From IMG/VR virus record IMGVR_UViG_3300005439_000019, positions 9,805 to 73,804 of that record: a stretch of DNA of 64,000 nucleotides, one strand, 5' to 3'. Positions 23,523-32,800 of this stretch are shown here, in pieces (the stretch's first letter is position 1; every line of letters begins with the position of its first letter). The position numbers and the translations under genes were made by a program. The stretch is from a virus. The notes under the pieces are model-generated. The model did no database searches and was not told the DNA's origin. It worked only from the letters and a program-made list of their open reading frames with translations.

Positions 23523-26500
23523 CTACAGGAAGAGGTCCGAGCCGTCCAGGTCGTCCATGACGGCCGGGGCGTACTGGGCGGAGGCTCCTACCGGGGCGAG
23601 CGACGGGACCGACCGGGCGGCGGTGCGCTGCTGCGGGGGGCGCGCGGCCTGGCGCTGCGGGGCGACGGCCGACAGGACCCCGATCTCGTGCTCGATCAGC
23701 GCCGTGGACAGAGCCGCGTCGCGCTCGATGTGCTCGGCGACCGCCAGCTCCTCTCCGTGGGCGATCCCGGCGGTGACCCGCAGGCGCGCCAGGCGGATGG
23801 AGGCGAAGGTGCGCCGCGAGGCCTCGGCCTCGCTCAGCGAGGCGTTGACGCTGCCGCCCGCGCCCTGCTGCTGGCCCGGCTGCCGGGCGTCCAGCAGCCA
23901 CGGGAACGCCGCGCCGTTGTCGCCCTGGCCGCCGATGCCGGGGCCGTGCGCCTTCAGCGGGTCGGGGTCGATGCGGACGTCGGTCTCGATGCGCCGCTGC
24001 TCCAGGGGGACGCCGCCGTCCTGGCTGGGGTTGGTCCCCTGCACGGGCTGGGTGACGTCGACCAGGTTGGTCGCCGGGGGCGTCTGCACCTCGACGCCCG
24101 GGGTGATCGGGGTGGTGGTCTGCATGGCCGGGACCCGCGAGTTGGCACCGGGCGTGGTGCCGGGACGGCCCGCGTTGTCCATCGCCTCGGGGGCGAGCGC
24201 CTGCTCGGTGGTCTCCGACGGCGGACCCTGCGGCGGGTCGGGGACCGGGCTGGCCGGGTTGAGGAGGTCCGCCTGCCTGCGCATCTCCCGGCGGCCGATC
24301 TCGGCCAGCTCCCTGCCTACCCCCGCAGCGGAGGCGAGGAAGCTGAGCTGGGCCTCCAGGACCGCGTTACGGGCGCTCAGCTCGGCAATCCGGCGCGTCT
24401 GGGCCTGCGCGAGCGCGGCGGCCGTCTTACGGTCTGCTGGCATGTCCTTGTCCTCGTCTTCCTCGTCTTCCTCGTCCTCGGGCTGCTCGCCCTCGGCAGA
24501 CGGGTCTTCTGACTCTTCCGGGGGCACCGCGCCCTCGCCGCCTTCCCCGTCCTCGTCGGCGGGGTGCAGCGCGGCCATCCCGCACGCCGGGCAGGGGACC
24601 CCCGGCTGGGCGGCGGCGTCCGCCTCGAAGGTGGTGCCGCACGCTGGGCAGATCAGCTCCTCGGCGTAGGCCTGGTCCCCGCCTTCCTCGTCTTCCGGCG
24701 GGACGGCACCCTCCGGGGCTTCCTCGTCCTCTTCGGCTGCTGCCTCTTCTTCTTCCGCCACGGCATCCGGCGGGAGCCCGTCGGTGTCCCCGGCGGGCAC
24801 GGGGCCGCCCTCCCCCTGGACCGTCGGCACCCCGTCAGGGGCGATCTGGTCGGGGTGCACGAGCTGCTCGTCGGCGTCATCTCCGCTGCCGATCTCCGCC
24901 TGCGCCGGGGCACCGGGCTGCCCGGCACCCGGCTGGTCCGGTGGGATCTCGACGTCCCCCGAGCTGTCGAGCTGGTCACGTACCTCGCTGGCCTTGCTGG
25001 TGTCCGGGTCCCTGAAAACCGACGGAGGGACGACGAAGCCGCAGACCGGGCACCGCGATCCCGACCAGACGTTGTGCTCTCCGCAGACCGGGCACTCGTC
25101 CATCCGCAGCGCGTCCACCTGCGGCGGGACCCTGGTCTCCCCGTACGCCTGCCTGGTCAGCGAGTTGTAGGACTGGCGCAGCGCGTAGTCCATCGGCCGG
25201 GATGTCCTCCCGAGGATGGTGTCCTGCTGGTGGGCCTGGTTCCAGTGCCCCGGCATGGCGGTGTCTTCCTTCCAGCCGATCTTCCCGAGGCAGTGCTGGC
25301 ACAGCATCGGCATCATCCGGCTGGGCGGGGACCCGACCTCGTTGAAGTCAGCCCCGCAGCCGGCGCAGTGGGTGCCGCCCTCCGCCAGCGCCCCGTGGTA
25401 GTGCATGTTCTCCTCGGGGATGTCCGGGTGGTGCTGCCTGCGCCGCTCCTGCCAGCGGGTCCGGGAGTTCTCCCCGAGCTGGTTACGGCCCTTCCCGCCG
25501 CCGCCCTTGCTGCCGGATGCGTCCTCGGCGGCGTTCTTGCGGATCTGCACCAGCCAGGTGGCCGCCTGCACCTGGTGCGGGGCGATCTTCCTGCCGTAGT
25601 GCGCCGACAGCTCCCTGGACGCCTGCCGGTAGGCGTGCGCGACGTGCTCGTAGTGCTGGTGCTGGCCGATCGGCATGCCGTCCTTCTCGGTGTCGGTCAG
25701 CCGGTGCCCGACGGCGACGGACATGGCGTGCCGGTCGACGACCACCTTCTCCGTGCCGTTCCTCACGTCCTCGTCGGTGTCGCCGCCGTGCTCTATCAGG
25801 TGGGCGAACGCCGCCGTCTTGGGGGCCTTCAGCACCTTGGAGTGGTGCTCCCCGCCGAGGATGCGGACGGCGGCCTTCTGGTGCACGCCCATCGCCCCGG
25901 TGCCTGGGCCGGGCGGGTCGCCGTGGAAGGCGCGGCTGGCGTTGAACAGGTTGACCGGCCACAGGGTGCGGACCGAGTAGGCGGACAGCACGCCGGCCCC
26001 CATGGCGGCGTCCCCCTTGCCCATCACCTTGGCGACGTGGTGGGCGTCGGAGTACCACCTGTCGCCCAGCGCCCGCTCGTCGTCGCTGGCCTCGTGGTAG
26101 GCGGCGACGATGTGGTGGCTGGAGACCGGGTGGCGCTTGAACCACTCGTGCTCACCGCCCTCGGCCTTCTTCGCCGCCGACGTCCGCATCTCGGCGATGT
26201 CGGAGTCCGGGATGTCGTCGACCGTGGGGTAGGAGTCGCTCCTCGACCTGTGGGTCCGGGAGTGGACGTAGAACCCGTTGCGGTCCTTCTTCAGGCCAAC
26301 CCCGTCGAACCGGGCGTCGCGGCCGTAACCGCGCACCGGCCTGCCCTGAGGCCGCTTCCGGGCGCTCTGCGACTGCATCGGGGCGTCCTCCGGGTTCCAC
26401 TGGCGGGCGGGCGCGAAGGGCTCGGTGCCCTCGTCCCGGTACCCTCTCTCGACTTCCAGGGGGTGCTGCTCGGTGCCGCCGGCGCTGTTGTAGCGGACGG

Positions 26501-27707
26501 AGCCCGGCTTGCCCTCGGCGGTGCCTGTCCCGTAGTGCCCGATCGCGCAGTCGTTGCAGAGGAACGGCATGCCCTGGTTCTGCCAGTCGCCGGCTGCGCT
26601 GCTCTCGTACGGGCTGGTGAACGGGTGGCCGCAGTTGACGCAGCGGCCCGCGTCGGACGGCCACGGGAGCGCGGCGGACCTGCGCGACGCGGTGAACGGG
26701 TCCGGCGGCATCTGCCCCTCGTCCCCCCGGGGGCGGCGCGGCAGCTCGTGCCCTGACAGCTCCTCGAACCGGGCGTGCATGTACTCCCGCATCGCCTGCT
26801 GCGCCTGGTCGCGCCGTGCCTCGATGCCGGGGATCGACGCGAAGACGCCCTCGGGGTCGGCGGGGGTGGCGGGGTGGTCGCGCTTCATCCCGTCGTGGTG
26901 GTGCCAGCCGCCGTTGGCCTCCGGCTTGCGCATGTTGACCCGGACCTGCTCGCCGCAGACCAGGCAGTGCGTGCCCCCGTAGGTCTGGTCCCGGTTCACG
27001 GCCGTCCTCGCGGCGGCCTTCGCCATGCCCCGGGCGTCGGGCTTGCCGAGCAGGTACGCGGTCGGGTCGGCCGGGTCCTCGACCAGGAGCGAGTTCTCGA
27101 AGAACGACAGGCCGGCGCAGACCTCGTGGATCAGCTTCTCCTCGACCTTGCCGGTCACCTTGTTGCGCTGGCGGATCTTCTTGCCCTTCATAGCGGGCAG
27201 GTGCTTGCAGTACTCGGCGGGGCTGGTCGCCTTGTTGCCGCAGGCGGAGCAGCGCGACCACTCGACGTCCACGCCCATCGAGGTGCGGTTCACCCGCCCG
27301 GCGAGGATGGCCTTGGCCAGGCGCGGGAACCGCACGGCGTCGACCTCCATGAGGCCCTCGACCCAGGTGTCCGGCGTCCCGTCGGGGTTGCGGTCGCGGT
27401 GCAGGGCGATGGCGACGATGACGCCCCGTGCCCGGCGGTGGTTGGCGTTGTGGTGGTTGACGAAGACCGGCTTGCCGAGGAAGCTCTTGTACCCCTTCTC
27501 GATCTCATCGGCCGGGAACGTGTCGTGGTTGTCGTTGGTCCGGCTGGAGATCATCCGGGAGCGGACGTACAGGTAGCCCTGGCGCGGCTGGTAGTCGAAC
27601 GCGACGCGGTGGGCGGTCTTGAAGATCCGGCGCTCAGCGCCCGCGAGGCTGCCCGGGGCAGCGTGACGCCACGCCTCCAGTACCTCCAGCGTCGCGTACT
27701 TCCGCAC
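23523..27707 (-). CDS. giant prohead protease (HK97/S78-like N-terminus) fused to a zinc-ribbon-rich, acidic, scaffold-like protein (~1394 aa)
   Basis: Track ORF 23523..27893; probable GTG start at 27707 after GGGAGGA. KPVFVNHHNANHRRARG and NRTSMGVDVEW resemble the PLLWNHD and Ser motifs of HK97-family prohead proteases. Six or more CxxC pairs. Glu/Asp blocks. C-terminal coiled coil. Confidence 0.5.
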   Translation of the reverse strand: MRKYATLEVLEAWRHAAPGSLAGAERRIFKTAHRVAFDYQPRQGYLYVRSRMISSRTNDNHDTFPADEIEKGYKSFLGKPVFVNHHNANHRRARGVIVAIALHRDRNPDGTPDTWVEGLMEVDAVRFPRLAKAILAGRVNRTSMGVDVEWSRCSACGNKATSPAEYCKHLPAMKGKKIRQRNKVTGKVEEKLIHEVCAGLSFFENSLLVEDPADPTAYLLGKPDARGMAKAAARTAVNRDQTYGGTHCLVCGEQVRVNMRKPEANGGWHHHDGMKRDHPATPADPEGVFASIPGIEARRDQAQQAMREYMHARFEELSGHELPRRPRGDEGQMPPDPFTASRRSAALPWPSDAGRCVNCGHPFTSPYESSAAGDWQNQGMPFLCNDCAIGHYGTGTAEGKPGSVRYNSAGGTEQHPLEVERGYRDEGTEPFAPARQWNPEDAPMQSQSARKRPQGRPVRGYGRDARFDGVGLKKDRNGFYVHSRTHRSRSDSYPTVDDIPDSDIAEMRTSAAKKAEGGEHEWFKRHPVSSHHIVAAYHEASDDERALGDRWYSDAHHVAKVMGKGDAAMGAGVLSAYSVRTLWPVNLFNASRAFHGDPPGPGTGAMGVHQKAAVRILGGEHHSKVLKAPKTAAFAHLIEHGGDTDEDVRNGTEKVVVDRHAMSVAVGHRLTDTEKDGMPIGQHQHYEHVAHAYRQASRELSAHYGRKIAPHQVQAATWLVQIRKNAAEDASGSKGGGGKGRNQLGENSRTRWQERRRQHHPDIPEENMHYHGALAEGGTHCAGCGADFNEVGSPPSRMMPMLCQHCLGKIGWKEDTAMPGHWNQAHQQDTILGRTSRPMDYALRQSYNSLTRQAYGETRVPPQVDALRMDECPVCGEHNVWSGSRCPVCGFVVPPSVFRDPDTSKASEVRDQLDSSGDVEIPPDQPGAGQPGAPAQAEIGSGDDADEQLVHPDQIAPDGVPTVQGEGGPVPAGDTDGLPPDAVAEEEEAAAEEDEEAPEGAVPPEDEEGGDQAYAEELICPACGTTFEADAAAQPGVPCPACGMAALHPADEDGEGGEGAVPPEESEDPSAEGEQPEDEEDEEDEDKDMPADRKTAAALAQAQTRRIAELSARNAVLEAQLSFLASAAGVGRELAEIGRREMRRQADLLNPASPVPDPPQGPPSETTEQALAPEAMDNAGRPGTTPGANSRVPAMQTTTPITPGVEVQTPPATNLVDVTQPVQGTNPSQDGGVPLEQRRIETDVRIDPDPLKAHGPGIGGQGDNGAAFPWLLDARQPGQQQGAGGSVNASLSEAEASRRTFASIRLARLRVTAGIAHGEELAVAEHIERDAALSTALIEHEIGVLSAVAPQRQAARPPQQRTAARSVPSLAPVGASAQYAPAVMDDLDGSDLFL

Positions 27708-27762
27708 AGGGTCCTCCCGGTCTGCTCTCCTCTTCCGGGGCAGCCCGGGAACCCGTTGCTCA

Positions 27763-27783
27763 ATACAGCTTTTCTTGATATTC
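27763..27783 (+). promoter_or_regulatory. conserved promoter/operator motif (copy 4) in a divergent intergenic region
   Basis: ATACAGCTTTTCTTGATATTC between the minus gene start (27707) and the plus gene start (27835). Confidence 0.45.
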
Positions 27784-27834
27784 TCGTGCCAGCGAACGCA
27801 GAGCAGGGACGAAGCAGGGACACTGGAGGAGAAG

Positions 27835-28395
27835 ATGACCGAGATGACACTGGCCCAGCAGGTCGCCCAGGAGGCAGCCGGACGGGTCCACAAGCTCGCC
27901 CCCTACCTGACCGACGGCCGGCACCCGCTCACCCCCGGGCAGGCCGAGGGGATCATGCGGCACCTGGGCACGTGCCCGGTACGGCCAGCTCCGGAGGAGA
28001 ACGTGGCGCGTCACGACGCTCACAGGGCGGAAACGGATCACGAGCGTCACGCGGCAGGCCCCGTCATCGCCGACATCACGGCCGGGTTCTACGCCACGCC
28101 GAGCAGGACCGGCACCAACGACCTGGACTTCTGGAAGGTCACCGAGGGCCGCAGGCCCGGCATCCGGTTCGTCAAGCGGGTGGTCGGCGGCGGCGACGAC
28201 AAGTACCCCAGGCTGATCGAGATCTCCAACCAGGAGCAGCTCCAGGCGCTGCGGGCTATCCTGCGGGCAGGGATATCAGAGGCTGCCGACGTCTACGCCG
28301 TCAACCAGGAGCGCTGCAAGAAGTGCGGCAGCCAGCTTACTGACGAGGCGTCGCGGGCGGCCAGGATGGGGCCTGTATGCCGAGGAGAACGGTGA
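27835..28395 (+). CDS. hypothetical protein (186 aa)
   Basis: Frame of track ORF 27775..28395; ATG after GGAGGAG; C-terminal CKKCGSQ...C. Confidence 0.45.
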   Translation: MTEMTLAQQVAQEAAGRVHKLAPYLTDGRHPLTPGQAEGIMRHLGTCPVRPAPEENVARHDAHRAETDHERHAAGPVIADITAGFYATPSRTGTNDLDFWKVTEGRRPGIRFVKRVVGGGDDKYPRLIEISNQEQLQALRAILRAGISEAADVYAVNQERCKKCGSQLTDEASRAARMGPVCRGER

Positions 28396-28844
28396 GCAAC
28401 TGGATTACGGCCGAGGTCGCGATCCTCGCGATGGTCCTCCTCGCGGCACTGATGCCGGGCGAGGAGGACCTCCTCATTCCCGAGCGCCGCGACTGGCGCG
28501 GCACCGTGCGGCGCATCCTCAGCCCGGCCGCCCGGCGGCTCCGCGAGGTCCAGGGCGCACGGGAGGCTGACGCCTACGTGCAGGTCCTCACCCAGGCTGA
28601 CCTGCCCAGCACCACCGCCCGGTTCAGGACGGCGCTGCTGACCGCGCCGGCGGAGGGGCACGAGAAGGACAAGCCGCCGTGGGCGACCGCGCCGTTCGCG
28701 GCGTCTCCCGCAGGCCCGCCGATGGACCGGCCACGACAGGCCGAGCGGCAGCCGCCCACCCTCGTCCGGGAGGCGGTACTCCCGGTGATCAGGAGTGACC
28801 TGGGGAGCTATCTGTCGCGGATTCCCGGGTACCCCGAGGACTAG
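28377..28844 (+). CDS. hypothetical protein with N-terminal TM segment
   Basis: ORF track; very high GC3. Confidence 0.45.
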   Translation: MPRRTVSNWITAEVAILAMVLLAALMPGEEDLLIPERRDWRGTVRRILSPAARRLREVQGAREADAYVQVLTQADLPSTTARFRTALLTAPAEGHEKDKPPWATAPFAASPAGPPMDRPRQAERQPPTLVREAVLPVIRSDLGSYLSRIPGYPED

Positions 28845-29157
28845 CCTCGCCGTCCAGGGCACCGGCCCGCTGGGACCTGTAGATCATCACGGCCCGCCAC
28901 ACCACGTTGACGAACACCAGGGCCAGCGAGATGACCTGGAGCAGCTCCAGGGTCTGGCTGGAGACCCGGAAGTCGATGAACAGCCAGGACGGAAGGATCG
29001 CCCCCGCGATCCCGATCTCCAGCATGACGATGTTCCAGCCCCAGGAACTCTCGTGCCACGGCCAGTAGAGCCGGGTGACGACCGGGAACAGCACCGACGC
29101 GATGAAGCAGGCGTTGACTTCCCACTCGGTGACCTCGCGCAGCAGGGAGAACATCAC
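28789..29157 (-). CDS. integral membrane protein (3-4 TM)
   Basis: ORF track; hydrophobic segments. Confidence 0.45.
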   Translation of the reverse strand: MMFSLLREVTEWEVNACFIASVLFPVVTRLYWPWHESSWGWNIVMLEIGIAGAILPSWLFIDFRVSSQTLELLQVISLALVFVNVVWRAVMIYRSQRAGALDGEASPRGTRESATDSSPGHS

Positions 29158-29357
29158 GCCCCCGCCTGGTCCGCGCGCCGCTGTATCAGCATGGTGATCG
29201 CCTCCGAGACGTGATTACGTTCCCGCAGCTCCCGCAGCGGGATGATCACGGTCTCGCGCGCTTCCGCCAGGCGCTGCTCTGCCTCTTCCCGGGCCTCACG
29301 CGCCTCGCTCAGCACGGGAGAGCCCGGGAAGTACTTCGTGCGCCACCAGAACCGCAT
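29154..29357 (-). CDS. hypothetical protein (67 aa)
   Basis: Frame of track ORF 29154..29498 from MRFWWRTKYF; charged and helical. Confidence 0.35.
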   Translation of the reverse strand: MRFWWRTKYFPGSPVLSEAREAREEAEQRLAEARETVIIPLRELRERNHVSEAITMLIQRRADQAGA

Positions 29358-29358
29358 G

Positions 29359-29673
29359 TCACCCAAGCTCCTTGACGTCCCGGCCTGCTCCCGGGAACTC
29401 GTCGTGCAGGGCGCGGAGGACGTCCCTGGCCGTCTGCCCGGCCAGGACGCCGGCCTCGGCACGAGCGCCGTTGAGTTCTGCCGTCCGCTTCCAGTCATCT
29501 CGCTCTGCCTTCACCTCGTCAAGCCTTCCCTTGGGAACGAGCTGCTCGGTCACCAGCAGGACGATGAAGACGATGATCGCCCCGCCGTTCTCCAGCAGCG
29601 TGATGAGGTCGCCTGTCGTCACTCGCCTTTCCCCCGTCCCATCGCTCCCGGATAAGGCCGGCGTCTGTCTCAC
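29359..29673 (-). CDS. small membrane protein (GTG start)
   Basis: ORF track; TM segment AIIVFIVLLV. GC3 is high only from about residue 18 onward. Confidence 0.35.
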   Translation of the reverse strand: MRQTPALSGSDGTGERRVTTGDLITLLENGGAIIVFIVLLVTEQLVPKGRLDEVKAERDDWKRTAELNGARAEAGVLAGQTARDVLRALHDEFPGAGRDVKELG

Positions 29674-29866
29674 TGCTTCCGGGGTCGACCCAGACGCCTA
29701 TGCCGCTCCAGGTAACGGCGGGCATCACCTTCCCCATCAGGAGGGCGAGGGTCCTGAGGATCTCGTCCCCTGGAACCCCGTGAGCCTCAAGGAACACCCC
29801 CCGCCCCTGGAACGGGTCCTCGGCGGCCATCTCCTCCCGGGAGCGCTCCGTCCACCACGCGGTCAT
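29519..29866 (-). CDS. hypothetical protein (ATGA-coupled to the giant acidic gene), 3' part doubtful
   Basis: ORF track. ATGA overlap with the stop of 29863..33600. GC3 decays after about 70 codons, where the other frame becomes coding. Confidence 0.3.
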   Translation of the reverse strand: MTAWWTERSREEMAAEDPFQGRGVFLEAHGVPGDEILRTLALLMGKVMPAVTWSGIGVWVDPGSSETDAGLIRERWDGGKASDDRRPHHAAGERRGDHRLHRPAGDRAARSQGKA

Positions 29867-32800
29867 GCGAACATCACGTCGTCGTCGTAGTCGTCCAGGC
29901 TGATGCCCCGCTTGCCCAGGTCCTCGTCGGCGTCCTCGTAGTGGGTGCCCTCCAGGCGCAGCAGGTCCAGGTTCCGGGCGCGGCTGCCCGCGCCCTCCCG
30001 GATCAGCTCCTCTGCCTCGGCCTGGGGCAGCACGTCAGCGGTCTTGGACAGGTGCGCCCGCGCCGCCGCCGCGATGTCCCCGTCGGCTACCGCAGGCCGG
30101 GAGTCCCCGGCGTAGCCCCTCGCCGCCGCCGACCGCTGGAAGGCGGCCACGATGTCGTCGATCTGCCCCTGCGGCTGGCCTGCCGGGACGGCCGTCTCGT
30201 CAGAGTCGGCCCCGCCGCCGGACCACTGCTGGTTGCCGACCGTCTGGATCGAGGGGTCACCCGGGCTCAGGTACTCGTCCCCCGACCCCATGCCCGGCTC
30301 CTGCCCGACCGGGGACGGCTGCTGCGCCTGCGGCCACGTCTCCCGCGCCAGGTCGCCCATCGGGGTGCCCGCCAGGTGGTGCAGGTACATCCGGCGCGCC
30401 GCGCCGAACTCGCCGAGTGCGGCGATGTCCTCCGCCGCCCCCTGGCCCTGCCCGGTCGCGGCGCTCCCGCCGCCGATCGTCCCGTCGGCCGCCGCCGTCG
30501 CCTCGATCTCCTCGTCCCCGGTCGTCGAGGGGAGGGCGGGCTCCGGCTCGTCGCGCAGCTCGGCGAGCGCGCCGTCAAGCTGCGGCACGGTGTCCCGGAA
30601 CGGGTACGGGGTGCCCGAGGCCAGGGCCTCCTCCATCCGGATGCCCTCCGGGTCACGGGGGGTGATAGAGGTCGACGGGCCGGACGTGTTCGCCCGGTCG
30701 GTGTAGCCGAACGAGCCCTGGTCCTCCGGCTGCCATCCCTCCACGGCAGGCCAGTGCAGGTCCCCGGGCACCGGCCTGGGCGCGCCCGGCACCAGCACCT
30801 GGTGGGCGGCTGTGTTGGTCAGCGGCATCTGCATGGCGCTGTCGTCCTGGATGCCGCCCCAGTTGTCCGGGTCCGGCCCGGACAGGAAGCCGTAAGAGCC
30901 TGGGTCCATGTCCCAGTTGCGGGGGGACGTCGCCCCGTACGGCTTCTGGGTGGGGTGCTCTGACACGTTCTGGCTGCCCCAGGAGGAGTTCGCCTGGTCG
31001 GCGGTGGCGCGCAGCCCGGCCATCACCCGGAGCGCGCCGACCGCGCCAGGGTCCGCGCCGGCGCGCAGCAGCGCCACGGTGGCGCGGTCGGCCGGCGCGA
31101 GGCTGCTCCAGTGCGGCGGCAGCGGCTCAAGCGACACGCTGCGCTCCGCGCCAGGGAAGTCCCGGTGCGGCGTGCCTCCGTACGGGTCGACGGAGAACCC
31201 CTGCTCCGGGCGGAAGGCGGCGGGCCAGCGTGTCTCCCCTGCCAGCCCGGACGGCGCGTCGTGCTGGTGGTTGAAGGCGTGCTCCGTCTTGTTGCGGTGC
31301 TCCGCGTCGTGCCAGGCCCGCGCCCAGATGTCTCCCTTGGCCGGGTCGCCCATCCGGGTCAGGGCACGCGCCACCGATCCGGCGTCCAGCCCGTGATGGC
31401 CGATGATGTGCTGCGCCAGGTCCCGTGGCGCGACCGGCGGCACGTACGGCCACCCCTCGCGGTGCGCCAGGTGCGCCAGCGGGGCGCGCCACTGCTCGCG
31501 CCACTGGCCCGCGTGCGGGTCCCCCTCGTACGGCGGGTAGGACTTCACCACCACGGTCTGCGGCGACCAGGCCGGGGCCTCGGCGTCCGCGCCGAAGGAG
31601 CGGCCGAACATGCCCCGGCTCTGCGCCTCGAACTGGAGGGCCATCACGTGGGAGCACGGCCGGCCGGCGTACCGGGCCGCCGCCGCCTTGTCCTGGTGGA
31701 AGCTCGCCCAGGGGCAGCCGCAGGCCCAGTACTGGATCGTCATCCTCTTGCCGACCGGGCGCTGGATGCCGCTCTCGTAGGTGTCGTGGTCGCCCCGCAC
31801 CTCGCCGATCACCATCCCCGCCGAGGCATGGGTGATCCGGACGTGGCCCTCGGCCCTGATCCGCTTCGCCTTCGCCACCACGTCGTGCCAGGCGGCGGTG
31901 AACTCGAACCGGAAGGCGGGGCTCCCGGCGGCGGCGGTGAACATCGCCAGCGCGGCGTCCTTGGAGAACGGGGTGTCGTCGTCGTCCGGCTGGTCCCCGT
32001 CGTCCGGGTCGTCCCCCTGGTCCCCGCCCCCGCCGCTGTCCCCGTCGCCGGGAGAGAACGGGCCGGGTGCGGGAGCGCCGCGCTTCACCTTGCCGTCGTC
32101 CGACCCCTGGGTGTAGGCGCGGCCCGTCTCGCTGACGTCGGCCCCGGCCTGCGGCCAGTTGTCCGGGTGTCCGGGATCGTCCGGGGACAGTCCGGGATCG
32201 TCCGGATTCTTCCGGCCGTCCGGCGGAGTGACCGGCGGAGTGACCGGCAGCCCGCCCCCGCTGGCCTGGCCAGACGTGATTTCCGGGCCGTTCTTGTCCG
32301 CCGGGTTGTCCGGCGCGTTGTCCGGAGTTGTCCGGGAATTGTCCAGCGAGTTGTCCGGGTCATCGTGCTCGTGCTGCTGCGGCTGCGGGTCCGGGCCGTC
32401 GTCGTCGTGGTCGTGCTTCAGCTCCTGGCCGTCGATCCGCACGTGCACGTTGAGCGCGGCGTCCCGGTGCACGCGCGGGAAGCCGTCATCGCCCTCGACC
32501 CCGCCCTGGTCGATCTCGCTGTCGTCGTCGTCATGCGGGTGAGGCAGGTCGAGCGCGGCCTCCGCCTCCCCCAGGCGCTCGCCCGGTTCCTCGTGGACGA
32601 CGTGCTCTCCCGGCCCGAGCAGCGGGAAGTCGGCGGAGTTCACGAAGTCACCCCAGGTGCTGCTCGGCGGGCTCTCCTGCCAGGTGTGGAGGGTGCCGCG
32701 CTCCTTGTCGGTCCACGGCACCCGGGCTTCGTGGCGGGAGGCGATAAAGTCGTGATAGCCACCGTTACCCCCGTGGTCTTCCCAGTCGGGGTCAAACTCG

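Noticed and set aside
15070-27261. Plus-strand ORFs 15070..15891, 20842..22524, 24564..26756, 25483..27261 and similar
   Set aside because: They are opposite-strand or alternative-frame shadows of the vWA, capsid and protease-scaffold genes. They show Arg/Gly/Pro bias and no coherent motifs.
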